Shown here piece after piece: positions 1 to 8,556 of a stretch of DNA of 64,000 bases; position 1 is the stretch's first letter, and each line of letters begins with the position of its first letter. The DNA is taken from positions 2,091 to 66,090 of the forward strand of contig JBAYIK010000001.1 of NCBI GenBank assembly GCA_041665625.1. The letters run 5' to 3'. Position numbers and translations under genes: made by a program. Below the pieces are notes generated by a model. It saw only the letters and a list, made by a program, of their open reading frames with translations, had not been told where the DNA came from and made no database searches. The DNA is from Minisyncoccota bacterium (GTDB lineage: Bacteria > Patescibacteriota > Minisyncoccia > Phycocordibacterales > XYD1-FULL-46-19).

Positions 1-845
1 CAGTTGGGACCACTGGTGGAGCATATTCAACAAGTTATGGTGTTCAGACAACTGGAACGACCACTACGGCGACCACCACTCCACAAGTTGTCGCTTCAAT
101 CTTAAGTAGTCTCAGTCCTAATTCACCTATGGCTGGCAATGTGGCGATTTCTGCCGATCAAACAACTGATGGTGTGGTTCTTGGTGTTTTCCGCTTAAAA
201 TCAATAGACCAAGCCTCTGCCTTGGAGAGTTTGAGATTCAGAATTAACAATAGTGTTGGTGTTGACCCTAGTGTTTTTAGCAACTTCTATTTATTTGATG
301 GGGTTAATCGATTTAATTATTCTCCATCAGAACGGATATATGAGGGGCTGGTAGATTTTTACTCTCTAAATATTCCTTTACCTAAAGATATTGATAAGGA
401 CCTAACTTTTATGGTGGATGTGAATCGGAGTCTTTCTTCTTTTTCTGCCTCAACGACAATTATAGCTAATTCTATCGAAGCTCGCGATGCTAACGATAAT
501 CTCGCGACTACTTCAAGTACGGTTGATGTAACTGGTAATAATCAAATGTTCACTCCCTGGGGGTTAACAATGACAATGAGATCCTTTGCCGAGAATGTTT
601 ACTCTTTTGATCTAACTAGCACTGAGAATGACCTGTTTATATCAAAAAGCTCTCCTTCTGGTGCTTTAGCCTGCTCTAATTCTCCTCAGGCCTATGACAC
701 CGACACGGCCTATCTTATCCCTGCTGGATCAGCTCGTCGTTTTTCTCTCTATTCAGCCGAACCATTAACTTCAATAACTATTAATTACGGGGCCAGTAGT
801 TCAGACCCAACAGCTTTATTATTAACTCAAGACTTAGCCCTTTAA
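1..845 (+). CDS. C-terminal part of a large surface protein. The ORF is open to the window start; the upstream frame reads ...TTTATTTPQVVAS... with no stop.
   Basis: Frame continuous from position 3. Thr-rich linker followed by a Ser/Thr/Asn-rich beta-type domain. Confidence 0.5.
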   Translation, partial: VGTTGGAYSTSYGVQTTGTTTTATTTPQVVASILSSLSPNSPMAGNVAISADQTTDGVVLGVFRLKSIDQASALESLRFRINNSVGVDPSVFSNFYLFDGVNRFNYSPSERIYEGLVDFYSLNIPLPKDIDKDLTFMVDVNRSLSSFSASTTIIANSIEARDANDNLATTSSTVDVTGNNQMFTPWGLTMTMRSFAENVYSFDLTSTENDLFISKSSPSGALACSNSPQAYDTDTAYLIPAGSARRFSLYSAEPLTSITINYGASSSDPTALLLTQDLAL

Positions 846-850
846 AAGAG

Positions 851-1354
851 ATGAAAACAAAACTAATAATAAGCTTAACTTTAATTTTGGCTGGGTTTGC
901 CAACTTAGTGATGGCTTCAGAAATAACAGGTATTTTATCAACTGGCTTAAATGGTAATGTCAACCAAACTCTAACGGGGACAGTTATTGTCCCCGTTATT
1001 CCGCCTGTTAGTTCTGGTGGGGGGTCAAGGGGTGGTGGAGGAGGTGGTTATGTCAAACCTCTAGTTATTAATGCCTCTACAACAACGGCTTCCACTACAC
1101 TTCAGTTACTTCCTCGTGTTCTTGGAGCTTCTACCTATCGCTTCGCCAGACTTTTAAGGCTGGGCTCAAGTGGTGATGACGTTAAAGAATTACAAGAGAG
1201 ACTTCGAACAGAAGGATTCTTTAAGTATCCCGTCTCGACTGGTTATTTTGGCACTCTGACAAAAACGGCTCTAATCGCCTATCAAAAGAAAAATAAGATG
1301 TCACGAACGGGGGTCTTAAGTTTAAGGGTAATGGATAAATTGAATTACAAATAG
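851..1354 (+). CDS. Secreted protein with a signal peptide, a Gly-rich linker and a C-terminal peptidoglycan-binding (PG_binding_1-like) domain.
   Basis: N-terminus MKTKLIISLTLILAGFANLVMA. Run GGGSRGGGGGG. C-terminal 'GSSGDDVKELQERLRTEGFF...GYFGTLTKTALIAYQKK' matches the PG-binding motif. Confidence 0.6.
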   Translation: MKTKLIISLTLILAGFANLVMASEITGILSTGLNGNVNQTLTGTVIVPVIPPVSSGGGSRGGGGGGYVKPLVINASTTTASTTLQLLPRVLGASTYRFARLLRLGSSGDDVKELQERLRTEGFFKYPVSTGYFGTLTKTALIAYQKKNKMSRTGVLSLRVMDKLNYK

Positions 1355-1366
1355 AAAAACAACTCA

Positions 1367-1609
1367 ATGAGTAAGCCGATTCGTGAATTAACCAATGCTG
1401 AGATTATTGACAATGAAGGACATTTTGATAATTGTCTTCTCTTAAATATCCCGCACACCAGATATAGTCTCTATTGTGTTAAGCAAGCAGAGGATGATTG
1501 GGCTGTCTTTATGCTTGACATGATGAGCACTGACAGAGAGCTCGTCAATGAGCATATGACAAATGAAGTGTTAGCTAAGACTATTAGTCACATTCTTGAT
1601 CAAAAATAG
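1367..1609 (+). CDS. Hypothetical small protein.
   Basis: ORF with a hairpin plus T-run terminator immediately downstream (1607-1650). Confidence 0.4.
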   Translation: MSKPIRELTNAEIIDNEGHFDNCLLLNIPHTRYSLYCVKQAEDDWAVFMLDMMSTDRELVNEHMTNEVLAKTISHILDQK

Positions 1610-1811
1610 CCAGTAGCCCTCTTATTAGGACCACTGGCTATTTTGTCTTCGTCGCTATTAAGCACGCAGGTATAGGGCCAAAGATTTGGCATTGGCAACT
1701 CTCGCAAACTCTTCAGGTGTTGCCACCCTTGGTTCCTTAGAGTTTGACCCAGCGATATCATTCGCATCTCTATACCCACGCACTGGATAGCGACGAATAA
1801 ATTCTTGCTCT

Positions 1812-2489
1812 TTATCTCAGCCCAACAAATGAGCTGATCTGTTCGCTGGCCTCTTGTCTGGTCATGGTCAGCAGAGAGTTTAAGGATTCTTCTCGCTCAT
1901 TCTCATCAGGCACATGATCATAAATGAGTTGTGTCAGGTAGCTTTTTTGTCGGTCACTAATCATAGGCACACCATCGGGCTTTTCCTCTTCGATTTGAAT
2001 CGGACCACCATAGCTTGCTCTATCGTCCAAGTCCATGGTGAAGTAGGCACTGATATTAGCCGAGCGGATGATGGCCGACAAAAAAGCCGACTTTTCCGCG
2101 AGCTTAATGGTCTTGTTCTCATCATTGTCATTACGAGACAACGAAGCACATCCACGACCTTCTGAGGCAACACTGCCATTAGGATGATAGATAACGCACT
2201 TGAAGGCGATCAGGTTCTTGGCATCGCTAAAAGAGGCCAAAGTGTCTCGATCAAGCTCAAAACGACTGGTGAAGCCATAGATTTGTGCAATACGCTCGCC
2301 ACCGCCCTTGCTGAGCACTTTCTTGCCATCAATGACGTTGTAGTCTTGACCTTCTTGGAGAATCGGCAAAACCTTGTCGATAAAATATCTCCTTTTTAAC
2401 AACATCAAGTTAACACCCTGCTTGAAGTAATCGAGAGTATTGAGGACTTCGCTAACTCTAATTGCCCCTGTTTTGTTAAGAGTTTCCAT
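1812..2489 (-). CDS. Hypothetical protein, possibly phage-derived. The C-terminus appears to continue in the +1 frame (1650-1811), so this may be a frameshifted gene or pseudogene.
   Basis: A 225-aa ORF. Downstream of its stop, a protein-like +1 frame reads EQEFIRRYPVRGYRDANDIAGSNSKEPRVATPEEFARVANAKSLALYLRA. Confidence 0.45.
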   Translation of the reverse strand: METLNKTGAIRVSEVLNTLDYFKQGVNLMLLKRRYFIDKVLPILQEGQDYNVIDGKKVLSKGGGERIAQIYGFTSRFELDRDTLASFSDAKNLIAFKCVIYHPNGSVASEGRGCASLSRNDNDENKTIKLAEKSAFLSAIIRSANISAYFTMDLDDRASYGGPIQIEEEKPDGVPMISDRQKSYLTQLIYDHVPDENEREESLNSLLTMTRQEASEQISSFVGLR

Positions 2490-2497
2490 AACGATTA

Positions 2498-2797
2498 TTA
2501 ATTAGTTTCTGCTAATGGCTGGACCTGGAGTCGATGAAAAAGAGCGATGCGCTTAGGGTATTTCTTAAGTACATGGCCGTCCTGATCTTTCTTTTCTACT
2601 AGGGTTAGGCTAGAGAGAGACTTTTCGCCCTTTTTGACCACGAAGCCTAACTTAATCCACTCACGAAAGGTTCTGGCGTCTTGGTAGGGATCAAAGGACT
2701 CGGCAACTTCTTTTGAGAAGCGTTGAGCGATCTGGGCCTTGACGTCCTCATAGGTGCGAAGTGACCCACGATAATTTGTCTTAGTTAAAGTGACCAT
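2498..2797 (-). CDS. Hypothetical protein co-oriented with the upstream gene.
   Basis: 99-aa ORF, 8 bp upstream of the 1812..2489 gene. Confidence 0.45.
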   Translation of the reverse strand: MVTLTKTNYRGSLRTYEDVKAQIAQRFSKEVAESFDPYQDARTFREWIKLGFVVKKGEKSLSSLTLVEKKDQDGHVLKKYPKRIALFHRLQVQPLAETN

Positions 2798-3109
2798 AAT
2801 AATTAATGATTAATGACTAAAGACCTCGCTGGACTAGAGCGAGGCGAAGGGTGAAGCAATTAGTCGACCAATAAAATTAATTTATCTAATTACTTCAAAA
2901 ATATAGTTGGTAGCTTGTTTATGTCTTAGGGGATATGGGGGGTTGTCTTTGGGTCCCTTCTTGGCCTATAGCTGGGACCACAGAGTAATGGTCTCATCCG
3001 CTCCTGGGACTACTATTGTTAATTCCTAATAAAAAGGCCTAATTTGACCACCCTTTTAGCCAGAAAAAAATTTTTGTAAAAATTTGCAAAAAGGTGTTAC
3101 CATTAACTG

Positions 3110-3847
3110 ATGGGGTGGTTAGATTTTTCCAAAAAGAAACAAATTGAACCAGAGGACAAATCTGTTCCCCTGGACGTTGAATGCCCTTATTGCCAAGTTC
3201 CTCTTGGTAAGTTCCCCTCCAGAAAAGGGGTTTGTCCTCACTGCCAGAAGACTTATTGGGTAAGAACAGATCCTTTTTCTCGAGAGAGACTCGTTTTGAC
3301 TGAAGATGGTGTTAGGAAAAATGAAGAGCAACAATTTCGTTATCAATTAATCTCTGAATTTAAAAGATCCTTGTTTAATGTCATTGGCGAGGACGAGTTT
3401 GAGAAATTGTATCAAGAAACAAAAGAGGCTTTTGTTAAAAAACGTGGCAAGGCTCCATTAGAGGGAGACCTTATGTGGAGTATCTCTAATAAAATGATTC
3501 TGTTATCAGCCAAATCTCGTGATTGGCGGGCAAAGACTGGAATGATATATTGGGCTCAGTCTCAATTCGTTTATGGCGAAGGGAAGGACTACGCTTATAT
3601 CAGAGAAAAAGATTTTGAGTTGGAACTAAAGTTCTTACGAGAAACGGGAACTACTGATATGGTTGAGATCCTTGCAACGCCTAACAGCTGTCCTGAGTGC
3701 CAACGTTTTGATGGCAAAAAATTTACCATTGAAGAGGCTCTGGACCAGAAGATCTTGCCACACAAAAAGTGCACGACTGAGCCTAATAAAGCGGGCGTGG
3801 GCTGGTGTCGTTGCCTCTATGTACCAAGTCTTGATCACTTGGGATAA
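3110..3847 (+). CDS. Hypothetical protein with N- and C-terminal zinc-ribbon motifs.
   Basis: CPYC...CPHC near the N-terminus and CPEC...C..C near the C-terminus. Preceded by promoter-like block C. Confidence 0.5.
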   Translation: MGWLDFSKKKQIEPEDKSVPLDVECPYCQVPLGKFPSRKGVCPHCQKTYWVRTDPFSRERLVLTEDGVRKNEEQQFRYQLISEFKRSLFNVIGEDEFEKLYQETKEAFVKKRGKAPLEGDLMWSISNKMILLSAKSRDWRAKTGMIYWAQSQFVYGEGKDYAYIREKDFELELKFLRETGTTDMVEILATPNSCPECQRFDGKKFTIEEALDQKILPHKKCTTEPNKAGVGWCRCLYVPSLDHLG

Positions 3848-3903
3848 AATTGGTGTTGATTACCATCCCGGTCATTTAAGGTTTTTTTGTTATAATAGGG
3901 CCT

Positions 3904-4212
3904 ATGGTGGGATATAATTTTGGGGATTTTATTGAAGAGGTTAAAGACCTTGATCTTCCTGAGATCAGAAGGATTGCTGACCAAAAATGCCAACAGCTTG
4001 AGAATCTTTCTTGGGGAATAAAAGGGGCGGTAGAAAGAAGGGCACAAGGGAGCGCTGCTCTTGTGGAGAAGGTGAAAGGGTTGCTTTTTTGGCTTAATAC
4101 CGGGATCAAGCCCGCAGGGTTAACTGATGATGAATTTATTCTGTTAGAGAAAGTTTGTATAAAACTTATCGAGAAAGGACAGATGTCACCGGAGGCCTTA
4201 GGGGCCTTTTAA
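3904..4212 (+). CDS. Hypothetical protein.
   Basis: 102-aa ORF. Confidence 0.4.
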   Translation: MVGYNFGDFIEEVKDLDLPEIRRIADQKCQQLENLSWGIKGAVERRAQGSAALVEKVKGLLFWLNTGIKPAGLTDDEFILLEKVCIKLIEKGQMSPEALGAF

Positions 4213-4216
4213 ACTT

Positions 4217-4245
4217 TTGTAAAAAATTGCCCAAAATGGTAAACT
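4217..4245 (+). promoter_or_regulatory. Sigma70-type promoter TTGTAA-N17-TAAACT (extended TGg). It is part of a 42-bp block (4215-4256) repeated almost identically at 6394-6435.
   Basis: 'ttttgtaaaaaattgcccaaaatggtaaactcttgtcaagtat' here versus 'ttttgtaaaaaattgccaaaggtggtaaactcttgtcaagtgt' at 6394. Confidence 0.55.
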
Positions 4246-4271
4246 CTTGTCAAGTATCAAGAAAAGATAAA

Positions 4272-4682
4272 GCCATGTCTGATTTTTCGGAGCCAACTCA
4301 ACGAACCTCTAAATTAAGGGACTTGCAACAAAGTATTGCTGGTTCGGTTTTCCCTTTGGGCGCGACAGCTTTAATTGGCAAGGCAGAATTAAACAAAAAA
4401 TTACTTAGTGAGTACATGAGCCTTTGTTTGGAAGACCCCAATGTGGCAAAAGTGGCGAACGAAGAAGAACTTTTGGAAACCTGCGATCTTCTTCAAATGT
4501 CTGGTGCCGGGCAATGGGTTAAAGGCAGTTATGTATCTCTTCAGGTATTGAGTGACCCGCAGTTATTAGACTATTTCTTAAAAGCGACAAGAGCGGGCAA
4601 GTCTCTGATTGGGGTAGTCTTTAATTTAACAGAATACTTTGAAAAAGGATTATCTTACATCCCTAAGGAGTGGTTCGATTAA
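4272..4682 (+). CDS. Hypothetical protein; start taken at MSDFSEP, downstream of the repeated promoter block.
   Basis: The listed ORF 4155..4682 overlaps the promoter block; the internal Met follows the promoter. Confidence 0.45.
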   Translation, partial: AMSDFSEPTQRTSKLRDLQQSIAGSVFPLGATALIGKAELNKKLLSEYMSLCLEDPNVAKVANEEELLETCDLLQMSGAGQWVKGSYVSLQVLSDPQLLDYFLKATRAGKSLIGVVFNLTEYFEKGLSYIPKEWFD

Positions 4683-4726
4683 TTATAATTATTCCCGACC
4701 GAAAGGTTTGATATCTACGATACTTT

Positions 4727-5443
4727 ATGGCTGGCAAAAAACAAAAACAAGTTAGTGATCCTAGCCTCGCCCATCCTCATGAGGCCGGGTCCGAAGTTTG
4801 GCTGACTCAACCGGCAGTCCATCCTATTTATGGGACCATAATGTTTCCGATTCTTGACCACACTGATTTTTACTTCAAGGCGGCAGGATCTTGTCTTCAA
4901 GACGCAAAAAGGTATCATAACGAGATTTTATCTAAACCACTAAATAAATCTAACTGTCGGCTTGTTACTGACAACCAACTCCTGGGCAATTTCTTTCTTA
5001 ACGCTCAAAATGTTGTTCTATTTTCTTATTTGGCCCTAGAGTACTTTGCTTTGTCTTGTGCGGGGTCGTTTGGTAAACAGCGTCAATGGAAAGATCGACG
5101 ATTAGACCAGAAGATAAAACATTTAATTTCCCAAGAACTTGGAATCCCTAGGCTTCCCCAAGATCTGTGTTCTGCTTTTGGTGACATTGAGAATCGAAGA
5201 CATGCCTTAAATCATCCCCGCCCCGAAAGTGTTGCGAATGCTGATCCTCGAGAATGGGACTCGGTACATCTTGCCTGGCTACTTATAGGTAATTACGAAA
5301 AAACCTACTCAGACTCACTAAAAATTTATGAATACTTATCTGTTCCATACAAAGAACAGATGATGAGAAAATCTGGGCCAGTCACCTTAACTGGTGTTAA
5401 GCGTGGTATAAGGTTCGAAAATCAAGCTAAAAAGAATTTTTAA
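4727..5443 (+). CDS. Hypothetical protein.
   Basis: 238-aa ORF. Confidence 0.45.
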   Translation: MAGKKQKQVSDPSLAHPHEAGSEVWLTQPAVHPIYGTIMFPILDHTDFYFKAAGSCLQDAKRYHNEILSKPLNKSNCRLVTDNQLLGNFFLNAQNVVLFSYLALEYFALSCAGSFGKQRQWKDRRLDQKIKHLISQELGIPRLPQDLCSAFGDIENRRHALNHPRPESVANADPREWDSVHLAWLLIGNYEKTYSDSLKIYEYLSVPYKEQMMRKSGPVTLTGVKRGIRFENQAKKNF

Positions 5444-5456
5444 AGCTTAAAATTTT

Positions 5457-5855
5457 ATGGATGACTTAACCACAAAAACTGACGAGGAGCTACTGGCAAT
5501 TATTCGTCGTTGTGAAAATTCTAACGTCCCAGGTATCTTATATCAAAGAGCTTCGCAAGAACTGTCTTTAAGAGACAGAGATAAAATAATTAATAGGCCT
5601 AATAATTCTGGCTTGTTTTTGCGGGTTGGCGGGGACATGTTATTTGACGGGACAATTCAGGGTCCACAAGATGGGCCAATAGATATTGCCGTGGCCGGTA
5701 ATTATAAAAGCAAAAGTGGCAAAATTATTCAAGGGGGAAATGATCAAGAACCAATAAAAAGATGGTGGGAGAACAATTGGTTTCAAATAATTGCCTTAAT
5801 CGGAGCGATTGTCACTATTGTTTCTTTTGTCATATGGGTCAAGGGGCTTATTTAA
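5457..5855 (+). CDS. Hypothetical protein with a C-terminal transmembrane helix.
   Basis: C-terminal hydrophobic segment FQIIALIGAIVTIVSFVIWV. Confidence 0.45.
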   Translation: MDDLTTKTDEELLAIIRRCENSNVPGILYQRASQELSLRDRDKIINRPNNSGLFLRVGGDMLFDGTIQGPQDGPIDIAVAGNYKSKSGKIIQGGNDQEPIKRWWENNWFQIIALIGAIVTIVSFVIWVKGLI

Positions 5856-5892
5856 AAGAAGAAGTTAAAAAATTAATAACAAAAAAATATCC

Positions 5893-6387
5893 ATGTCTGG
5901 AATAATCATCCTAATCTTGTTGTTTGTGATCGCCGTGGCCGTTGTTAGGTTAATCAGGAAAAACTTTGGGACAAGAAACGACCAGCTCGTCTCAGTTTAT
6001 GAGAAAAAACCATACCTCTTTGATACAAACTCAGAGTTTAACCTATATAAGGTTTTACTTGAGCTGTTCGGGGACCAATATTTTATCTTCCCGCAGGTTA
6101 ATTATGGCCACTTGATACGACCAAAGAAAATTAGCTGGGCGAAAGAAAGAAATCTGCGAAGCCGAATCGACCGCAAGTCAGCAGACTTTGTCCTTTGTGA
6201 CCGGGAGCAGATTGTCCCTCGTCTGGTTATTGAGCTAGATGGCAGTGCTCATGATTTAAAGAAGAAAAAAGAGAGAGACGAGTTTATTAATGAGATAACA
6301 GAATCGATTGGCCTTCCGTTACTTCGTCTTAAGGTAGGGGACGTCGATAAGGAATCCATTCGGGGAAAGATCTCTAAGAAGCTCTAG
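5893..6387 (+). CDS. DUF2726-family protein: N-terminal TM helix plus a restriction-endonuclease-like fold domain.
   Basis: N-terminal TM. Motifs 'FNLYKVLLELFGDQYFIFPQV', 'SADFVLCD', 'LVIELDGSAHD' and 'IGLPLLRL' are typical of PF10881. Confidence 0.65.
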   Translation: MSGIIILILLFVIAVAVVRLIRKNFGTRNDQLVSVYEKKPYLFDTNSEFNLYKVLLELFGDQYFIFPQVNYGHLIRPKKISWAKERNLRSRIDRKSADFVLCDREQIVPRLVIELDGSAHDLKKKKERDEFINEITESIGLPLLRLKVGDVDKESIRGKISKKL

Positions 6388-6395
6388 GCCATATT

Positions 6396-6424
6396 TTGTA
6401 AAAAATTGCCAAAGGTGGTAAACT
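6396..6424 (+). promoter_or_regulatory. Second copy of the TTGTAA-N17-TAAACT promoter block.
   Basis: Near-identical to 4215-4256 (about 40 of 42 nt). Confidence 0.55.
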
Positions 6425-6496
6425 CTTGTCAAGTGTAGAGTTATTTTGTCGTGATAGTCACACGACAACATTTTTAGAAATAATTGATTTATTATT

Positions 6497-7201
6497 ATGT
6501 CTAACGATACTCAAGTTGTTAAGGAGGGGGCTAAAAATATCGCCTTTGGTTTAGGGCTTAGTTGGGTCGTTTCCGTTCTTTTTATTATCAGCGGGATTTC
6601 TGCCCTTTTTTCTAGTTTTCTTGTGGGAATTCTCATTCTCCTAATTGGCTTGATTTTTTTTCCTCCAGCGAATAAATTTATTAAGACCAAATGGAATTTG
6701 TCACTAACCAGAGGAGTGAAAATTACGACGGTTATCATTCTTTTAATTTTGGTCGGTATCTCTTGGAATCCTGCGACGCAGGAGACAACGAGTTCTGAAC
6801 AAACTAAAACACAACCATCTGCAGCTGCCAACCATACCATTGTCACCGCTACCACGACATCTGTAGTCGCTTCACAAAAAGACACCAAGAATATCTTACC
6901 TTTATCAAACGAAACAGTTAGCCAAAAGAATGCGGCTAAAAAGGCAAAGTCTTATTTAAATTACACAGCGTTCTCTTACGGTGGACTGGTCGCTCAGTTG
7001 GAGTATGATCAATTTTCACACGCTGATGCTGTCTACGGCGCAGATAATTCTGGTGCTAACTGGAATGAGCAAGCCGCTAAAAAGGCTAAATCATACATGG
7101 GTTATTCCGCCTTCTCCCGCGGTGGTTTGATCACGCAGTTAGAGTTTGACAAATTCACACAATCACAGGCAGAGTATGGAGCCAATGCCGCTGGCCTATA
7201 G
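6497..7201 (+). CDS. Membrane-anchored protein with two tandem Ltp-like (host cell surface-exposed lipoprotein, PF07553-like) domains, i.e. superinfection-exclusion-like.
   Basis: Two TM helices. Tandem repeats 'AAKKAKSYLNYTAFSYGGLVAQLEYDQFSHADAVYGADNSG' and 'AAKKAKSYMGYSAFSRGGLITQLEFDKFTQSQAEYGANAAG'. Confidence 0.6.
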   Translation: MSNDTQVVKEGAKNIAFGLGLSWVVSVLFIISGISALFSSFLVGILILLIGLIFFPPANKFIKTKWNLSLTRGVKITTVIILLILVGISWNPATQETTSSEQTKTQPSAAANHTIVTATTTSVVASQKDTKNILPLSNETVSQKNAAKKAKSYLNYTAFSYGGLVAQLEYDQFSHADAVYGADNSGANWNEQAAKKAKSYMGYSAFSRGGLITQLEFDKFTQSQAEYGANAAGL

Positions 7202-7220
7202 CAGTACAAAATAAAACACT

Positions 7221-7700
7221 GTGGGAAGTTTTTCATCAATCATAAATAAATTTATGGGCAATAGTTATTGGAGAGACAATAAATTAATTCAAGCTATTAA
7301 GGAAGAAAAGGATGAACATTTAAATTATGAAATTGAGATGTTCCGCGAGACCTGTAAACAACTTAACTTCCCTCAGCAGCGATTTGAAATGAACCTGTTG
7401 CTAGAATCGCTATCGGCCCATACCAGAACATTGATAGAGTTTTTTTATGACGATAAAGATGAGAAATATCCGAACGATTTAGTGGCTCAAGATCTTTTAC
7501 CCAATACAATAAACTGGAAAACTGAAAGGCCACAGATAACAGAGTTGCTTAAAGAGGCAAGAAATAAAGCCGATAAACAAGTTGCCCATTTGAGCCTTTG
7601 GAGGATAAAGATTGAACGAGATAACAAAAAGGCCTGGAACTGGAATGATGTCAGTAAAGACATGGAAAAAGTAGTAAAGAAATTTGAAGATTTAAGATAA
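7221..7700 (+). CDS. Hypothetical protein.
   Basis: 159-aa ORF. Confidence 0.45.
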   Translation: MGSFSSIINKFMGNSYWRDNKLIQAIKEEKDEHLNYEIEMFRETCKQLNFPQQRFEMNLLLESLSAHTRTLIEFFYDDKDEKYPNDLVAQDLLPNTINWKTERPQITELLKEARNKADKQVAHLSLWRIKIERDNKKAWNWNDVSKDMEKVVKKFEDLR

Positions 7701-7731
7701 TCAGGCCTAGGACTTATGGTACAATTATTAG

Positions 7732-8322
7732 ATGGAGAGACCTTTAGTCGAAGAAAGTTACCATTTATCAACTTCAGCTCTAAAACACTCCCTAGCCCGC
7801 TGTGGGAGCTCAAACGGGGCCATAATTGATGATCAACTCATCTTAACTACCGAGCACAAACAACTCACGGTTAATTATTGGCTGGAGAACGAAGCTCGAA
7901 GTTTGGCCATTAATCTTTGCGTGCCAGGTAATGAGCCCCAAAGGGTCGAGCTGATTCCTTTTGAGCTATCTTTTGGGACCAGATACTTCTTTGAGTGCCC
8001 CATTTGTTTCCGCCAAGTGAGTAAACTCTATTTGCCACCAGATCAGCAAGACTTTAAGTGTCGTCTCTGCCACCGCTTAGTCTATGAGCTCACGACCATC
8101 AACAAGAACTCAACCTTTGGCCAACAGCTTTACCGCAACGCTTGCTTTCTTCGCTTTATGAATGCTCCAGACCGTGCCATTAGAGTCTTTTATGGTCCTA
8201 ATTACACCAAGAACTATCTTCGTCGGATGAGATTTTACCGTAAGCTGGGTCTTGAAGAGCCCGGGGTTGAAAAAGTTAAAGAGAATCTTGCTTTAATTAG
8301 GAGACAAGAGGTTCATCATTAA
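7732..8322 (+). CDS. Hypothetical protein with a CxxC...CxxC zinc ribbon.
   Basis: FECPICFRQV...KCRLCHRL. Confidence 0.45.
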   Translation: MERPLVEESYHLSTSALKHSLARCGSSNGAIIDDQLILTTEHKQLTVNYWLENEARSLAINLCVPGNEPQRVELIPFELSFGTRYFFECPICFRQVSKLYLPPDQQDFKCRLCHRLVYELTTINKNSTFGQQLYRNACFLRFMNAPDRAIRVFYGPNYTKNYLRRMRFYRKLGLEEPGVEKVKENLALIRRQEVHH

Positions 8323-8556
8323 TTTTAGATATTCTCAATCGATTTAGTTTTGCTACCTCTTTCATATTACGGAGATCTCCGTTTTAGGTTGGGAAGCCAC
8401 GGCCGGGCGTGAGCGGAAAAAATAAATTAAAGTGAATATTTTTTTGCCCTTGAAATTACCCAGAATCTATGTTTTAGTCTAAGAGGAACCTGCTATTTGT
8501 CAGCATGTTTCTGTTAATTAAGACTTCAATCAACACCCTTACAGGAGGCTCGATAA

